Origin: Mobula hypostoma
Lineage: Eukaryota
DNA length: 64,000 nt
Direction of reading: 5' to 3'
Assembly (NCBI RefSeq): GCF_963921235.1
Contig: NC_086097.1
Location: 100,566,001 to 100,630,000, forward strand
Shown: positions 42,601 to 58,500 of the stretch, piece by piece
Layout: every line of letters starts with the position of its first letter
How positions within the stretch are numbered: position 1 is the stretch's first letter
Made by a program: the position numbers and the translations under genes
The notes under the pieces: model-generated
Seen by the model: only the letters and a program-made list of their open reading frames with translations
The model's database searches: none
What the model was told of the DNA's origin: nothing

Positions 42601-45600
42601 CAATCACACCGACACCCTTTCTCCCATTCCACAGTGAGATTACTGTTCAATCACACCGACACCCTTTCTCCCATTCCACAGTGAGATTACTGTTCAATCA
42701 CACCGACACCCTTTCTCCCATTCCACAGTGAGATTACTGTTCAATCACACCGACACCCTTTCTCCCATTCCACAGTGAGATTACTGTTCAATCACACCGA
42801 CACCCTTTCTCCCATTCCACAGTGAGATTACTGTTCAATCACACCGACACCCTTTCTCCCATTCCACAGTGAGATTACTGTTCAATCACACCGACACCCT
42901 TTCTCCCATTCCACAGTGAGATTACTGTTCAATCACACCGACACCCTTTCTCCCATTCCACAGTGAGATTACTGTTCAATCACACCGACACCCTTTCTCC
43001 CATTCCACAGTGAGATTACTGTTCAATCACACCGACACCCTTTCTCCCATTCCACAGTGAGATTACTGTTCAATCACACCGACACCCTTTCTCCCATTCC
43101 ACAGTGAGATTACTGTTCAATCACACCGACACCCTTTCTCCCATTCCACAGTGAGATTACTGTTCAATCACACCGACACCCTTTCTCCCATTCCACAGTG
43201 AGATTACTGTTCAATCACACCGACACCCTTTCTCCCATTCCACAGTGAGATTACTGTTCAATCACACCGACACCCTTTCTCCCATTCCACAGTGAGATTA
43301 CTGTTCAATCACACCGACACCCTTTCTCCCATTCCACAGTGAGATTACTGTTCAATCACACCGACACCCTTTCTCCCATTCCACAGTGAGATTACTGTTC
43401 AATCACACCGACACCCTTTCTCCCATTCCACAGTGAGATTACTGTTCAATCACACCGACACCCTTTCTCCCATTCCACAGTGAGATTACTGTTCAATCAC
43501 ACCGACACCCTTTCTCCCATTCCACAGTGAGATTACTGTTCAATCACACCGACACCCTTTCTCCCATTCCACAGTGAGATTACTGTTCAATCACACCGAC
43601 ACCCTTTCTCCCATTCCACAGTGAGATTACTGTTCAATCACACCGACACCCTTTCTCCCATTCCACAGTGAGATTACTGTTCAATCACACCGACACCCTT
43701 TCTCCCATTCCACAGTGAGATTACTGTTCAATCACACCGACACCCTTTCTCCCATTCCACAGTGAGATTACTGTTCAATCACACCGACACCCTTTCTCCC
43801 ATTCCACAGTGAGATTACTGTTCAATCACACCGACACCCTTTCTCCCATTCCACAGTGAGATTACTGTTCAATCACACCGACACCCTTTCTCCCATTCCA
43901 CAGTGAGATTACTGTTCAATCACACCGACACCCTTTCTCCCATTCCACAGTGAGATTACTGTTCAATCACACCGACACCCTTTCTCCCATTCCACAGTGA
44001 GATTACTGTTCAATCACACCGACACCCTTTCTCCCATTCCACAGTGAGATTACTGTTCAATCACACCGACACCCTTTCTCCCATTCCACAGTGAGATTAC
44101 TGTTCAATCACACCGACACCCTTTCTCCCATTCCACAGTGAGATTACTGTTCAATCACACCGACACCCTTTCTCCCATTCCACAGTGAGATTACTGTTCA
44201 ATCACACCGACACCCTTTCTCCCATTCCACAGTGAGATTACTGTTCAATCACACCGACACCCTTTCTCCCATTCCACAGTGAGATTACTGTTCAATCACA
44301 CCGACACCCTTTCTCCCATTCCACAGTGAGATTACTGTTCAATCACACCGACACCCTTTCTCCCATTCCACAGTGAGATTACTGTTCAATCACACCGACA
44401 CCCTTTCTCCCATTCCACAGTGAGATTACTGTTCAATCACACCGACACCCTTTCTCCCATTCCACAGTGAGATTACTGTTCAATCACACCGACACCCTTT
44501 CTCCCATTCCACAGTGAGATTACTGTTCAATCACACCGACACCCTTTCTCCCATTCCACAGTGAGATTACTGTTCAATCACACCGACACCCTTTCTCCCA
44601 TTCCACAGTGAGATTACTGTTCAATCACACCGACACCCTTTCTCCCATTCCACAGTGAGATTACTGTTCAATCACACCGACACCCTTTCTCCCATTCCAC
44701 AGTGAGATTACTGTTCAATCACACCGACACCCTTTCTCCCATTCCACAGTGAGATTACTGTTCAATCACACCGACACCCTTTCTCCCATTCCACAGTGAG
44801 ATTACTGTTCAATCACACCGACACCCTTTCTCCCATTCCACAGTGAGATTACTGTTCAATCACACCGACACCCTTTCTCCCATTCCACAGTGAGATTACT
44901 GTTCAATCACACCGACACCCTTTCTCCCATTCCACAGTGAGATTACTGTTCAATCACACCGACACCCTTTCTCCCATTCCACAGTGAGATTACTGTTCAA
45001 TCACACCGACACCCTTTCTCCCATTCCACAGTGAGATTACTGTTCAATCACACCGACACCCTTTCTCCCATTCCACAGTGAGATTACTGTTCAATCACAC
45101 CGACACCCTTTCTCCCATTCCACAGTGAGATTACTGTTCAATCACACCGACACCCTTTCTCCCATTCCACAGTGAGATTACTGTTCAATCACACCGACAC
45201 CCTTTCTCCCATTCCACAGTGAGATTACTGTTCAATCACACCGACACCCTTTCTCCCATTCCACAGTGAGATTACTGTTCAATCACACCGACACCCTTTC
45301 TCCCATTCCACAGTGAGATTACTGTTCAATCACACCGACACCCTTTCTCCCATTCCACAGTGAGATTACTGTTCAATCACACCGACACCCTTTCTCCCAT
45401 TCCACAGTGAGATTACTGTTCAATCACACCGACACCCTTTCTCCCATTCCACAGTGAGATTACTGTTCAATCACACCGACACCCTTTCTCCCATTCCACA
45501 GTGAGATTACTGTTCAATCACACCGACACCCTTTCTCCCATTCCACAGTGAGATTACTGTTCAATCACACCGACACCCTTTCTCCCATTCCACAGTGAGA

Positions 45601-48600
45601 TTACTGTTCAATCACACCGACACCCTTTCTCCCATTCCACAGTGAGATTACTGTTCAATCACACCGACACCCTTTCTCCCATTCCACAGTGAGATTACTG
45701 TTCAATCACACCGACACCCTTTCTCCCATTCCACAGTGAGATTACTGTTCAATCACACCGACACCCTTTCTCCCATTCCACAGTGAGATTACTGTTCAAT
45801 CACACCGACACCCTTTCTCCCATTCCACAGTGAGATTACTGTTCAATCACACCGACACCCTTTCTCCCATTCCACAGTGAGATTACTGTTCAATCACACC
45901 GACACCCTTTCTCCCATTCCACAGTGAGATTACTGTTCAATCACACCGACACCCTTTCTCCCATTCCACAGTGAGATTACTGTTCAATCACACCGACACC
46001 CTTTCTCCCATTCCACAGTGAGATTACTGTTCAATCACACCGACACCCTTTCTCCCATTCCACAGTGAGATTACTGTTCAATCACACCGACACCCTTTCT
46101 CCCATTCCACAGTGAGATTACTGTTCAATCACACCGACACCCTTTCTCCCATTCCACAGTGAGATTACTGTTCAATCACACCGACACCCTTTCTCCCATT
46201 CCACAGTGAGATTACTGTTCAATCACACCGACACCCTTTCTCCCATTCCACAGTGAGATTACTGTTCAATCACACCGACACCCTTTCTCCCATTCCACAG
46301 TGAGATTACTGTTCAATCACACCGACACCCTTTCTCCCATTCCACAGTGAGATTACTGTTCAATCACACCGACACCCTTTCTCCCATTCCACAGTGAGAT
46401 TACTGTTCAATCACACCGACACCCTTTCTCCCATTCCACAGTGAGATTACTGTTCAATCACACCGACACCCTTTCTCCCATTCCACAGTGAGATTACTGT
46501 TCAATCACACCGACACCCTTTCTCCCATTCCACAGTGAGATTACTGTTCAATCACACCGACACCCTTTCTCCCATTCCACAGTGAGATTACTGTTCAATC
46601 ACACCGACACCCTTTCTCCCATTCCACAGTGAGATTACTGTTCAATCACACCGACACCCTTTCTCCCATTCCACAGTGAGATTACTGTTCAATCACACCG
46701 ACACCCTTTCTCCCATTCCACAGTGAGATTACTGTTCAATCACACCGACACCCTTTCTCCCATTCCACAGTGAGATTACTGTTCAATCACACCGACACCC
46801 TTTCTCCCATTCCACAGTGAGATTACTGTTCAATCACACCGACACCCTTTCTCCCATTCCACAGTGAGATTACTGTTCAATCACACCGACACCCTTTCTC
46901 CCATTCCACAGTGAGATTACTGTTCAATCACACCGACACCCTTTCTCCCATTCCACAGTGAGATTACTGTTCAATCACACCGACACCCTTTCTCCCATTC
47001 CACAGTGAGATTACTGTTCAATCACACCGACACCCTTTCTCCCATTCCACAGTGAGATTACTGTTCAATCACACCGACACCCTTTCTCCCATTCCACAGT
47101 GAGATTACTGTTCAATCACACCGACACCCTTTCTCCCATTCCACAGTGAGATTACTGTTCAATCACACCGACACCCTTTCTCCCATTCCACAGTGAGATT
47201 ACTGTTCAATCACACCGACACCCTTTCTCCCATTCCACAGTGAGATTACTGTTCAATCACACCGACACCCTTTCTCCCATTCCACAGTGAGATTACTGTT
47301 CAATCACACCGACACCCTTTCTCCCATTCCACAGTGAGATTACTGTTCAATCACACCGACACCCTTTCTCCCATTCCACAGTGAGATTACTGTTCAATCA
47401 CACCGACACCCTTTCTCCCATTCCACAGTGAGATTACTGTTCAATCACACCGACACCCTTTCTCCCATTCCACAGTGAGATTACTGTTCAATCACACCGA
47501 CACCCTTTCTCCCATTCCACAGTGAGATTACTGTTCAATCACACCGACACCCTTTCTCCCATTCCACAGTGAGATTACTGTTCAATCACACCGACACCCT
47601 TTCTCCCATTCCACAGTGAGATTACTGTTCAATCACACCGACACCCTTTCTCCCATTCCACAGTGAGATTACTGTTCAATCACACCGACACCCTTTCTCC
47701 CATTCCACAGTGAGATTACTGTTCAATCACACCGACACCCTTTCTCCCATTCCACAGTGAGATTACTGTTCAATCACACCGACACCCTTTCTCCCATTCC
47801 ACAGTGAGATTACTGTTCAATCACACCGACACCCTTTCTCCCATTCCACAGTGAGATTACTGTTCAATCACACCGACACCCTTTCTCCCATTCCACAGTG
47901 AGATTACTGTTCAATCACACCGACACCCTTTCTCCCATTCCACAGTGAGATTACTGTTCAATCACACCGACACCCTTTCTCCCATTCCACAGTGAGATTA
48001 CTGTTCAATCACACCGACACCCTTTCTCCCATTCCACAGTGAGATTACTGTTCAATCACACCGACACCCTTTCTCCCATTCCACAGTGAGATTACTGTTC
48101 AATCACACCGACACCCTTTCTCCCATTCCACAGTGAGATTACTGTTCAATCACACCGACACCCTTTCTCCCATTCCACAGTGAGATTACTGTTCAATCAC
48201 ACCGACACCCTTTCTCCCATTCCACAGTGAGATTACTGTTCAATCACACCGACACCCTTTCTCCCATTCCACAGTGAGATTACTGTTCAATCACACCGAC
48301 ACCCTTTCTCCCATTCCACAGTGAGATTACTGTTCAATCACACCGACACCCTTTCTCCCATTCCACAGTGAGATTACTGTTCAATCACACCGACACCCTT
48401 TCTCCCATTCCACAGTGAGATTACTGTTCAATCACACCGACACCCTTTCTCCCATTCCACAGTGAGATTACTGTTCAATCACACCGACACCCTTTCTCCC
48501 ATTCCACAGTGAGATTACTGTTCAATCACACCGACACCCTTTCTCCCATTCCACAGTGAGATTACTGTTCAATCACACCGACACCCTTTCTCCCATTCCA

Positions 48601-51600
48601 CAGTGAGATTACTGTTCAATCACACCGACACCCTTTCTCCCATTCCACAGTGAGATTACTGTTCAATCACACCGACACCCTTTCTCCCATTCCACAGTGA
48701 GATTACTGTTCAATCACACCGACACCCTTTCTCCCATTCCACAGTGAGATTACTGTTCAATCACACCGACACCCTTTCTCCCATTCCACAGTGAGATTAC
48801 TGTTCAATCACACCGACACCCTTTCTCCCATTCCACAGTGAGATTACTGTTCAATCACACCGACACCCTTTCTCCCATTCCACAGTGAGATTACTGTTCA
48901 ATCACACCGACACCCTTTCTCCCATTCCACAGTGAGATTACTGTTCAATCACACCGACACCCTTTCTCCCATTCCACAGTGAGATTACTGTTCAATCACA
49001 CCGACACCCTTTCTCCCATTCCACAGTGAGATTACTGTTCAATCACACCGACACCCTTTCTCCCATTCCACAGTGAGATTACTGTTCAATCACACCGACA
49101 CCCTTTCTCCCATTCCACAGTGAGATTACTGTTCAATCACACCGACACCCTTTCTCCCATTCCACAGTGAGATTACTGTTCAATCACACCGACACCCTTT
49201 CTCCCATTCCACAGTGAGATTACTGTTCAATCACACCGACACCCTTTCTCCCATTCCACAGTGAGATTACTGTTCAATCACACCGACACCCTTTCTCCCA
49301 TTCCACAGTGAGATTACTGTTCAATCACACCGACACCCTTTCTCCCATTCCACAGTGAGATTACTGTTCAATCACACCGACACCCTTTCTCCCATTCCAC
49401 AGTGAGATTACTGTTCAATCACACCGACACCCCCATTCCACATGGACTCCCATTCCACACAGTGAGATTACTGTTCAATCACACCGACACCCTTTCTCCC
49501 ATTCCACAGTGAGATTACTGTTCAATCACACCGACACCCTTTCTCCCATTCCACAGTGAGATTACTGTTCAATCACACCGACACCCTTTCTCCCATTCCA
49601 CAGTGAGATTACTGTTCAATCACACCGACACCCTTTCTCCCATTCCACAGTGAGATTACTGTTCAATCACACCGACACCCTTTCTCCCATTCCACAGTGA
49701 GATTACTGTTCAATCACACCGACACCCTTTCTCCCATTCCACAGTGAGATTACTGTTCAATCACACCGACACCCTTTCTCCCATTCCACAGTGAGATTAC
49801 TGTTCAATCACACCGACACCCTTTCTCCCATTCCACAGTGAGATTACTGTTCAATCACACCGACACCCTTTCTCCCATTCCACAGTGAGATTACTGTTCA
49901 ATCACACCGACACCCTTTCTCCCATTCCACAGTGAGATTACTGTTCAATCACACCGACACCCTTTCTCCCATTCCACAGTGAGATTACTGTTCAATCACA
50001 CCGACACCCTTTCTCCCATTCCACAGTGAGATTACTGTTCAATCACACCGACACCCTTTCTCCCATTCCACAGTGAGATTACTGTTCAATCACACCGACA
50101 CCCTTTCTCCCATTCCACAGTGAGATTACTGTTCAATCACACCGACACCCTTTCTCCCATTCCACAGTGAGATTACTGTTCAATCACACCGACACCCTTT
50201 CTCCCATTCCACAGTGAGATTACTGTTCAATCACACCGACACCCTTTCTCCCATTCCACAGTGAGATTACTGTTCAATCACACCGACACCCTTTCTCCCA
50301 TTCCACAGTGAGATTACTGTTCAATCACACCGACACCCTTTCTCCCATTCCACAGTGAGATTACTGTTCAATCACACCGACACCCTTTCTCCCATTCCAC
50401 AGTGAGATTACTGTTCAATCACACCGACACCTTTCCCATTCACAGTGAGATTACTGTTCAATCACACCGACACCCTTTCTCCCATTCCACAGTGAGATTA
50501 CTGTTCAATCACACCGACACCCTTTCTCCCATTCCACAGTGAGATTACTGTTCAATCACACCGACACCCTTTCTCCCATTCCACAGTGAGATTACTGTTC
50601 AATCACACCGACACCCTTTCTCCCATTCCACAGTGAGATTACTGTTCAATCACACCGACACCCTTTCTCCCATTCCACAGTGAGATTACTGTTCAATCAC
50701 ACCGACACCCTTTCTCCCATTCCACAGGTGAGATTGCTGTTCATTCACACCGACACCCTGTCTCCCATTCCACCATGAGATTACAGTTCAATCACACCGA
50801 CATCCTTTCTCCCATTCCACAGTGAGATTACTGTTCAATCACACCGACACCCTTTCTCCCATTCCACAGTGAGATTACTGTTCAATCACACCGACACCCT
50901 TTCTCCCATTCCACAGTGAGATTACTGTTCAATCACACCGACACCCTTTCTCCCATTCCACAGTGAGATTACTGTTCAATCACACCGACACCCTTTCTCC
51001 CATTCCACAGTGAGATTACTGTTCAATCACACCGACACCCTTTCTCCCATTCCACAGTGAGATTACTGTTCAATCACACCGACACCCTTTCTCCCATTCC
51101 ACAGTGAGATTACTGTTCAATCACACCGACACCCTTTCTCCCATTCCACAGTGAGATTACTGTTCAATCACACCGACACCCTTTCTCCCATTCCACAGTG
51201 AGATTACTGTTCAATCACACCGACACCCTTTCTCCCATTCCACAGTGAGATTACTGTTCAATCACACCGACACCCTTTCTCCCATTCCACAGTGAGATTA
51301 CTGTTCAATCACACCGACACCCTTTCTCCCATTCCACAGTGAGATTACTGTTCAATCACACCGACACCCTTTCTCCCATTCCACAGTGAGATTACTGTTC
51401 AATCACACCGACACCCTTTCTCCCATTCCACAGTGAGATTACTGTTCAATCACACCGACACCCTTTCTCCCATTCCACAGTGAGATTACTGTTCAATCAC
51501 ACCGACACCCTTTCTCCCATTCCACAGTGAGATTACTGTTCAATCACACCGACACCCTTTCTCCCATTCCACAGTGAGATTACTGTTCAATCACACCGAC

Positions 51601-52550
51601 ACCCTTTCTCCCATTCCACAGTGAGATTACTGTTCAATCACACCGACACCCTTTCTCCCATTCCACAGTGAGATTACTGTTCAATCACACCGACACCCTT
51701 TCTCCCATTCCACAGTGAGATTACTGTTCAATCACACCGACACCCTTTCTCCCATTCCACAGTGAGATTACTGTTCAATCACACCGACACCCTTTCTCCC
51801 ATTCCACAGTGAGATTACTGTTCAATCACACCGACACCCTTTCTCCCATTCCACAGTGAGATTACTGTTCAATCACACCGACACCCTTTCTCCCATTCCA
51901 CAGTGAGATTACTGTTCAATCACACCGACACCCTTTCTCCCATTCCACAGTGAGATTACTGTTCAATCACACCGACACCCTTTCTCCCATTCCACAGTGA
52001 GATTACTGTTCAATCACACCGACACCCTTTCTCCCATTCCACAGTGAGATTACTGTTCAATCACACCGACACCCTTTCTCCCATTCCACAGTGAGATTAC
52101 TGTTCAATCACACCGACACCCTTTCTCCCATTCCACAGTGAGATTACTGTTCAATCACACCGACACCCTTTCTCCCATTCCACAGTGAGATTACTGTTCA
52201 ATCACACCGACACCCTTTCTCCCATTCCACAGTGAGATTACTGTTCAATCACACCGACACCCTTTCTCCCATTCCACAGTGAGATTACTGTTCAATCACA
52301 CCGACACCCTTTCTCCCATTCCACAGTGAGATTACTGTTCAATCACACCGACACCCTTTCTCCCATTCCACAGTGAGATTACTGTTCAATCACACCGACA
52401 CCCTTTCTCCCATTCCACAGTGAGATTACTGTTCAATCACACCGACACCCTTTCTCCCATTCCACAGTGAGATTACTGTTCAATCACACCGACACCCTTT
52501 CTCCCATTCCACAGTGAGATTACTGTTCAATCACACCGACACCCTTTCTC
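24601..52550. repeat. Near-homogeneous core domain of the array with rare divergent islands
   Basis: Multi-kb runs appear identical to consensus by eye (~24,600-28,260; ~30,050-36,270; ~37,900-41,950; ~42,330-49,420). They are interrupted by short clusters of variant or garbled units. Confidence 0.85.
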
Positions 52551-55500
52551 CCATTCCACAGTGAGATTACTGTTCAATCACACCGACACACTTTCTCCCA
52601 TTCCACAGTGAGATTACTGTTCAATCACACCGACACCCTTTCTCCCATTCCACAGTGAGATTACTGTTCAATCACACCAACACCCTTTCTCCCATTCCAC
52701 AGTGAGATTACTGTTCAATCACACCGACAGCCTTTCTCCCATTCCACAGTGAGATTACTGTTCAATCACACCGACACCCTTTCTCCCATTCCACAGTGAG
52801 ATTACTGTTCAATCACACCGACACCCTTTCTCCCATTCCACAGTGAGATTACTGTTCAATCACACCGACACCCTTTCTCCCATTCCACAGTGAGATTACT
52901 GTTCAATCACACCGACACCCTTTCTCCCATTCCACAGTGAGATTACTGTTCAATCACACCGACACCCTTTCTCCCATTCCACAGTGAGATTACTGTTCAA
53001 TCACACCGACACCCTTTGTCCCATTCCACAGTGGGATTACTGTTCAATCACACCGACACACTTTCGCCCATTCCACAGTGAGATTGCTGTTCAATCACAG
53101 CGACACCCTTTCTCCCATTCCACAGTGGGATTACTGTTCAATCACACCAACACTCTTTCTCCCATTACTGTTCAATCACACCGACACCCTTTCTCCCATT
53201 CCACAGTGAGATTACTGTTGAATCACACCGACACCCTTTCTCCCATTCCACAGTGAGATTGCTGTTCAATCACACCGACACCCTTTCTCCCATTCCACAG
53301 TGAGATTACTGTTCAATCACACCGACACCCTTTCTCCCATTCCACAGTGAGATTACTGTTCAATCACACCGACACCCTTTCTCCCATTCCACAGTGAGAT
53401 TACTGTTCAATCACACCGACACCCTTTCTCCCATTCCACAGTGAGATTACTGTTCAATCACACCGACACCCTTTCTCCCATTCCACAGTGAGATTACTGT
53501 TCAATCACACCGACACCCTTTCTCCCATTCCACAGTGAGATTACTGTTCAATCACACCGACACCCTTTCTCCCATTCCACAGTGAGATTACTGTTCAATC
53601 ACACCGACACCCTTTCTCCCATTCCACAGTGAGATTACTGTTCAATCACACCGACACCCTTTCTCCCATTCCACAGTGAGATTACTGTTCAATCACACCG
53701 ACACCCTTTCTCCCATTCCACAGTGAGATTACTGTTCAATCACACCGACACCCTTTCTCCCATTCCACAGTGAGATTACTGTTCAATCACACCGACACCC
53801 TTTCTCCCATTCCACAGTGAGATTACTGTTCAATCACACCGACACCCTTTCTCCCATTCCACAGTGAGATTACTGTTCAATCACACCGACACCCTTTCTC
53901 CCATTCCACAGTGAGATTACTGTTCAATCACACCGACCACCCTTTCTCCCATTCCACAGTGAGATTACTGTTCAATCACACCGACACCCTTTCTCCCATT
54001 CCACAGTGAGATTACTGTTCAATCACACCGACACCCTTTCTCCCATTCCACAGTGAGATTACTGTTCAATCACACCGACACCCTTTCTCCCATTCCACAG
54101 TGAGATTACTGTTCAATCACACCGACACCCTTTCTCCCATTCCACAGTGAGATTACTGTTCAATCACACCGACACCCTTTCTCCCATTCCACAGTGAGAT
54201 TACTGTTCAATCACACCGACACCCTTTCTCCCATTCCACAGTGAGATTACTGTTCAATCACACCGACACCCTTTCTCCCATTCCACAGTGAGATTACTGT
54301 TCAATCACACCGACACCCTTTCTCCCATTCCACAGTGAGATTACTGTTCAATCACACCGACACCCTTTCTCCCATTCCACAGTGAGATTACTGTTCAATC
54401 ACACCGACACCCTTTCTCCCATTCCACAGTGAGATTACTGTTCAATCACACCGACACCCTTTCTCCCATTCCACAGTGAGATTACTGTTCAATCACACCA
54501 ACACCCTTTCTCCCATTCCACAGTGAGATTACTGTTCAATCACACCGACACCCTTTCTCCCATTCCACAGTGAGATTACTGTTCAATCACACCGACACCC
54601 TTTCTCCCATTCCACAGTGAGATTACTGTTCAATCACACCGACACCCTTTCTCCCATTCCACAGTGAGATTACTGTTCAATCACACCGACACCCTTTCTC
54701 CCATTCCACAGTGAGATTACTGTTCAATCACACCGACACCCTTTCTCCCATTCCACAGTGAGATTACTGTTCAATCACACCGACACCCTTTCTCCCATTC
54801 CACAGTGAGATTACTGTTCAATCACACCGACACCCTTTCTCCCATTCCACAGTGAGATTACTGTTCAATCACACCGACACCCTTTCTCCCATTCCACAGT
54901 GAGATTACTGTTCAATCACACCGACACCCTTTCTCCCATTCCACAGTGAGATTACTGTTCAATCACACCGACACCCTTTCTCCCATTCCACAGTGAGATT
55001 ACTGTTCAATCACACCGACACCCTTTCTCCCATTCCACAGTGAGATTACTGTTCAATCACACCGACACCCTTTCTCCCATTCCACAGTGAGATTACTGTT
55101 CAATCACACCGACACCCTTTCTCCCATTCCACAGTGAGATTACTGTTCAATCACACCGACACCCTTTCTCCCATTCCACAGTGAGATTACTGTTCAATCA
55201 CACCGACACCCTTTCTCCCATTCCACAGTGAGATTACTGTTCAATCACACCGACACCCTTTCTCCCATTCCACAGTGAGATTACTGTTCAATCACACCGA
55301 CACCCTTTCTCCCATTCCACAGTGAGATTACTGTTCAATCACACCGACACCCTTTCTCCCATTCCACAGTGAGATTACTGTTCAATCACACCGACACCCT
55401 TTCTCCCATTCCACAGTGAGATTACTGTTCAATCACACCGACACCCTTTCTCCCATTCCACAGTGAGATTACTGTTCAATCACACCGACACCCTTTCTCC

Positions 55501-58500
55501 CATTCCACAGTGAGATTACTGTTCAATCACACCGACACCCTTTCTCCCATTCCACAGTGAGATTACTGTTCAATCACACCGACACCCTTTCTCCCATTCC
55601 ACAGTGAGATTACTGTTCAATCACACCGACACCCTTTCTCCCATTCCACAGTGAGATTACTGTTCAATCACACCGACACCCTTTCTCCCATTCCACAGTG
55701 AGATTACTGTTCAATCACACCAACACCCTTTCTCCCATTCCTCAGTGAGATTACTGTTCAATCACTCCGACTCACATTCTCCCATTCCACAGTGAGATTA
55801 CTTTTCAATCACACCGACACCCTTTCTCCAATTCCACAGTGAGATTGCTGTTCAATCACACCGACACCCTTTCTCCCATTCCACAGTGAGATTACTGTTC
55901 AATCACACCGACACCCTTTCTCCCATTCCACAGTGAGATTACTGTTCAATCACACCGACACCCTTTCTCCCATTCCACAGTGAGATTACTGTTCAATCAC
56001 ACCGACACCCTTTCTCCCATTCCACAGTGAGATTACTGTTCAATCACACCGACACCCTTTCTCCCATTCCACAGTGAGATTACTGTTCAATCACACCGAC
56101 ACCCTTTCTCCCATTCCACAGTGAGATTACTGTTCAATCACACCAACACCCTTTCTCCCATTCCACAGTGAGATTACTGTTCAATCACACCGACACCCTT
56201 TCTCCCATTCCACAGTGAGATTACTGTTCAATCACTCCGACACACTTTCTCCCATTCCACAGTGAGATTACTGTTCAATCACACCGACACCCTTTGTCCC
56301 ATTCCACAGTGAGATTACTGTTCAATCACACCGACACCCTTTCTCCCATTCCACAGTGAGATTACTGTTCAATCACACCGACACCCTTTCTCCCATTCCA
56401 CAGTGAGATTACTGTTCAATCACACCGACACCCTTTCTCCCATTCCACAGTGAGATTACTGTTCAATCACACCGACACCCTTTCTCCCATTCCACAGTGA
56501 GATTACTGTTCAATCACACCGACACCCTTTCTCCCATTCCACAGTGAGATTACTGTTCAATCACACCGACACCCTTTCTCCCATTCCACAGTGAGATTAC
56601 TGTTCAATCACACCGACACCCTTTCTCCCATTCCACAGTGAGATTACTGTTCAATCACACCGACACCCTTTCTCCCATTCCACAGTGAGATTACTGTTCA
56701 ATCACACCGACACCCTTTCTCCCATTCCACAGTGAGATTACTGTTCAATCACACCGACACCCTTTCTCCCATTCCACAGTGAGATTACTGTTCAATCACA
56801 CCGACACCCTTTCTCCCATTCCACAGTGAGATTACTGTTCAATCACACCGACACCAACACACTTTCTCCCATTCCACAGTGAGATTACTGTTCAATCACA
56901 CCGACACCCTTTCTCCCATTCCACAGTGAGATTACTGTTCAATCACACCGACACCCTTTCTCCCATTCCACAGTGAGATTACTGTTCAATCACACCAACA
57001 CCCTTTCTCCCATTCCACAGTGAGATTACTGTTCAATCACACCGACACCCTTTCTCCCATTCCACAGTGAGATTACTGTTCAATCACACCGACACCCTTT
57101 CTCCCATTCCACAGTGAGATTACTGTTCAATCACACCGACACCCTTTCTCCCATTCCACAGTGAGATTACTGTTCAATCACACCGACACCCTTTCTCCCA
57201 TTCCACAGTGAGATTACTGTTCAATCACACCGACACCCTTTCTCCCATTCCACAGTGAGATTACTGTTCAATCACACCGACACCCTTTCTCCCATTCCAC
57301 AGTGAGATTACTGTTCAATCACACCGACACCCTTTCTCCCATTCCACAGTGAGATTACTGTTCAATCACACCGACACCCTTTCTCCCATTCCACAGTGAG
57401 ATTACTGTTCAATCACACCGACACCCTTTCTCCCATTCCACAGTGAGATTACTGTTCAATCACACCGACACCCTTTCTCCCATTCCACAGTGAGATTACT
57501 GTTCAATCACACCGACACCCTTTCTCCCATTCCACAGTGAGATTACTGTTCAATCACACCGACACCCTTTCTCCCATTCCACAGTGAGATTACTGTTCAA
57601 TCACACCGACACCCTTTCTCCCATTCCACAGTGAGATTACTGTTCAATCACACCGACACCCTTTCTCCCATTCCACAGTGAGATTACTGTTCAATCACAC
57701 CGACACCCTTTCTAACATACCACAGTGGGATTACTGTTCAATCACACCAAAAGCCTTTCGCCCATTCATCAGTGAGATTACTGTTCAATCACACCGACAC
57801 CCTTTCTCCCATTCCACAGTGAGATTACTGTTCAATCACACCGACACCCTTTCTCCCATTCCACAGTGAGATTACTGTTCAATCACACCGACACCCTTTC
57901 TCCCATTCCACAGTGAGATTACTGTTCAATCACACCGACACCCTTTCTCCCATTCCACAGTGAGATTACTGTTCAATCACACCGACACCCTTTCTCCCAT
58001 TCCACAGTGAGATTACTGTTCAATCACACCGACACCCTTTCTCCCATTCCACAGTGAGATTACTGTTCAATCACACCGACACCCTTTCTCCCATTCCACA
58101 GTGAGATTACTGTTCAATCACACCGACACCCTTTCTCCCATTCCACAGTGAGATTACTGTTCAATCACACCGACACCCTTTCTCCCATTCCACAGTGAGA
58201 TTACTGTTCAATCACACCGACACCCTTTCTCCCATTCCACAGTGAGATTACTGTTCAATCACACCGACACCCTTTCTCCCATTCCACAGTGAGATTACTG
58301 TTCAATCACACCGACACCCTTTCTCCCATTCCACAGTGAGATTACTGTTCAATCACACCAACACCCTTTCTCCCATTCCACAGTGAGATTACTGTTCAAT
58401 CACACCGACACCCTTTCTCCCATTCCACAGTGAGATTACTGTTCAATCACACCGACACCCTTTCTCCCATTCCACAGTGAGATTACTGTTCAATCACACC

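Noticed and set aside
329..57869. Nine ORF-track ORFs (63-94 aa, MRLLFNHTDTLSPIPQ...)
   Set aside because: They are translations of the 47-bp unit (not a multiple of 3) from GTG starts, extended only where the unit's TGA is mutated or skipped by an indel. The minus strand has three stop triplets (TGA, TGA, TAA) per unit. There is no coding evidence.
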